DNA of 61,570 bases from a virus: positions 1-61,570 of IMG/VR virus record IMGVR_UViG_3300023223_000518; one strand, 5' to 3'. Positions 61,052 through 61,570 of this stretch are shown here, piece by piece. Position 1 is the first letter of the stretch; every line of letters starts with the position of its first letter. The notes beneath the pieces were generated by a model that saw only the letters and a program-made list of their open reading frames with translations, searched no databases and had not been told where the DNA came from. The position numbers and the translations under genes were made by a program.

Positions 61052-61423
61052 ATGGACTGGGAGATTCACCGGTGGACCGGATCGCTTCCGCTAGAAATTG
61101 TGACGTCCGATCAGATGTCGTGGGCCGCGGCTCCGCGAGATGGCGTCGTTTGGGTTCTTGTCCACTATCCGATCGGCGAGAAGCAATATACGACGCGGCT
61201 CGTTGGGGCCGATAACTACTACATGGATGTAGATTTCGATTTCGGTTGTTGGTCGAACGCCGAATCTGATTATGCCTTCAGTGACGCCGGCCGCTACGGC
61301 ACGGCTTGCATGACGGACGGTCGCAACACCGCATTAACGGAAGTGCCGGAATTGGAAGAAAGCGAAGTCAAGATCGGGGTAATGGTCCCCGACGATGTCG
61401 CGCGTCAACTTGGGTTACTTTGA
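61052..61423 (+). CDS. hypothetical protein (123 aa)
   Basis: ORF ending 3 nt before the terminal repeat. Confidence 0.5.
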   Translation: MDWEIHRWTGSLPLEIVTSDQMSWAAAPRDGVVWVLVHYPIGEKQYTTRLVGADNYYMDVDFDFGCWSNAESDYAFSDAGRYGTACMTDGRNTALTEVPELEESEVKIGVMVPDDVARQLGLL

Positions 61424-61426
61424 ACT

Positions 61427-61570
61427 CGAAACGGTGAAATATGTTTGAACACATGCTCGTTACATTTTGGCACGATGACACTTTCGATTTGGTCGCGTTG
61501 TCGCAATCTCGTTTATTGATCGGTGGGAAACGACTGATATTGCTGGGGGCGTTCATCATCGAAATCGAAG
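61427..61570. repeat. Terminal redundancy, copy 2 (identical to 1..144)
   Basis: Exact 144-bp match to the window start. Contains a truncated second copy of the 15..512 ORF starting at 61441. Confidence 0.95.

Overview
The window is a complete tailed dsDNA phage genome. Bases 1-144 repeat exactly at 61427-61570, so the unique length is 61,426 bp, either circularly assembled or terminally redundant. About 110 genes are tightly packed, and many are translationally coupled through ATGA or TGATG overlaps. Only four genes lie on the minus strand. All homology calls below come from motifs read by eye in the ORF translations; no database search was run.

Gene layout:
- Virion and lysis (15-24072): a 22-aa-repeat fibre-like protein, a candidate lysis cassette, HK97-type prohead protease and major capsid protein, head-tail connector proteins, major tail protein, tail chaperone G/GT with a -1 frameshift, tape measure and a 1147-aa tail-tip protein.
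- Carbohydrate island (24-36 kb): about 12 kb of glycosyltransferase-, DUF115-, methyltransferase-, sulfotransferase- and cupin-like genes, interrupted by an antisense HNH endonuclease.
- Control region (35.9-39.5 kb): a small minus-strand operon ending in a ProQ/FinO-like gene, an ~850-bp mostly non-coding region, then HTH genes and a clear CsrA homologue.
- Recombination module (39.7-44.3 kb): a Cas4/RecB-like nuclease, a possible annealing protein, and a RusA gene broken by an in-frame TGA.
- DNA modification and DNA-cleavage candidates (44.6-49.1 kb): a ParB-methyltransferase fusion, then a Top6A/Spo11-like ('Mini-A'-like) Toprim protein next to a Rad50/SMC-like ATPase.
- Packaging (49.5-60.6 kb): terminase, a 5.7-kb block of small ORFs plus a second methyltransferase, portal and a MuF-like protein.

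No tRNA, rRNA, CRISPR array, integrase, reverse transcriptase or replicative polymerase, helicase or primase was recognised.

The signals I rate most worth follow-up:
1. A 9-10-nt motif, (G)GAGATCGAC, lies 0-5 nt upstream of at least 13 start codons.
2. The phage encodes two RNA-binding regulators, CsrA and a ProQ/FinO-like protein.
3. The carbohydrate and sulfation gene set includes extra copies embedded in the virion module.
4. The Top6A-like and SMC-like gene pair.
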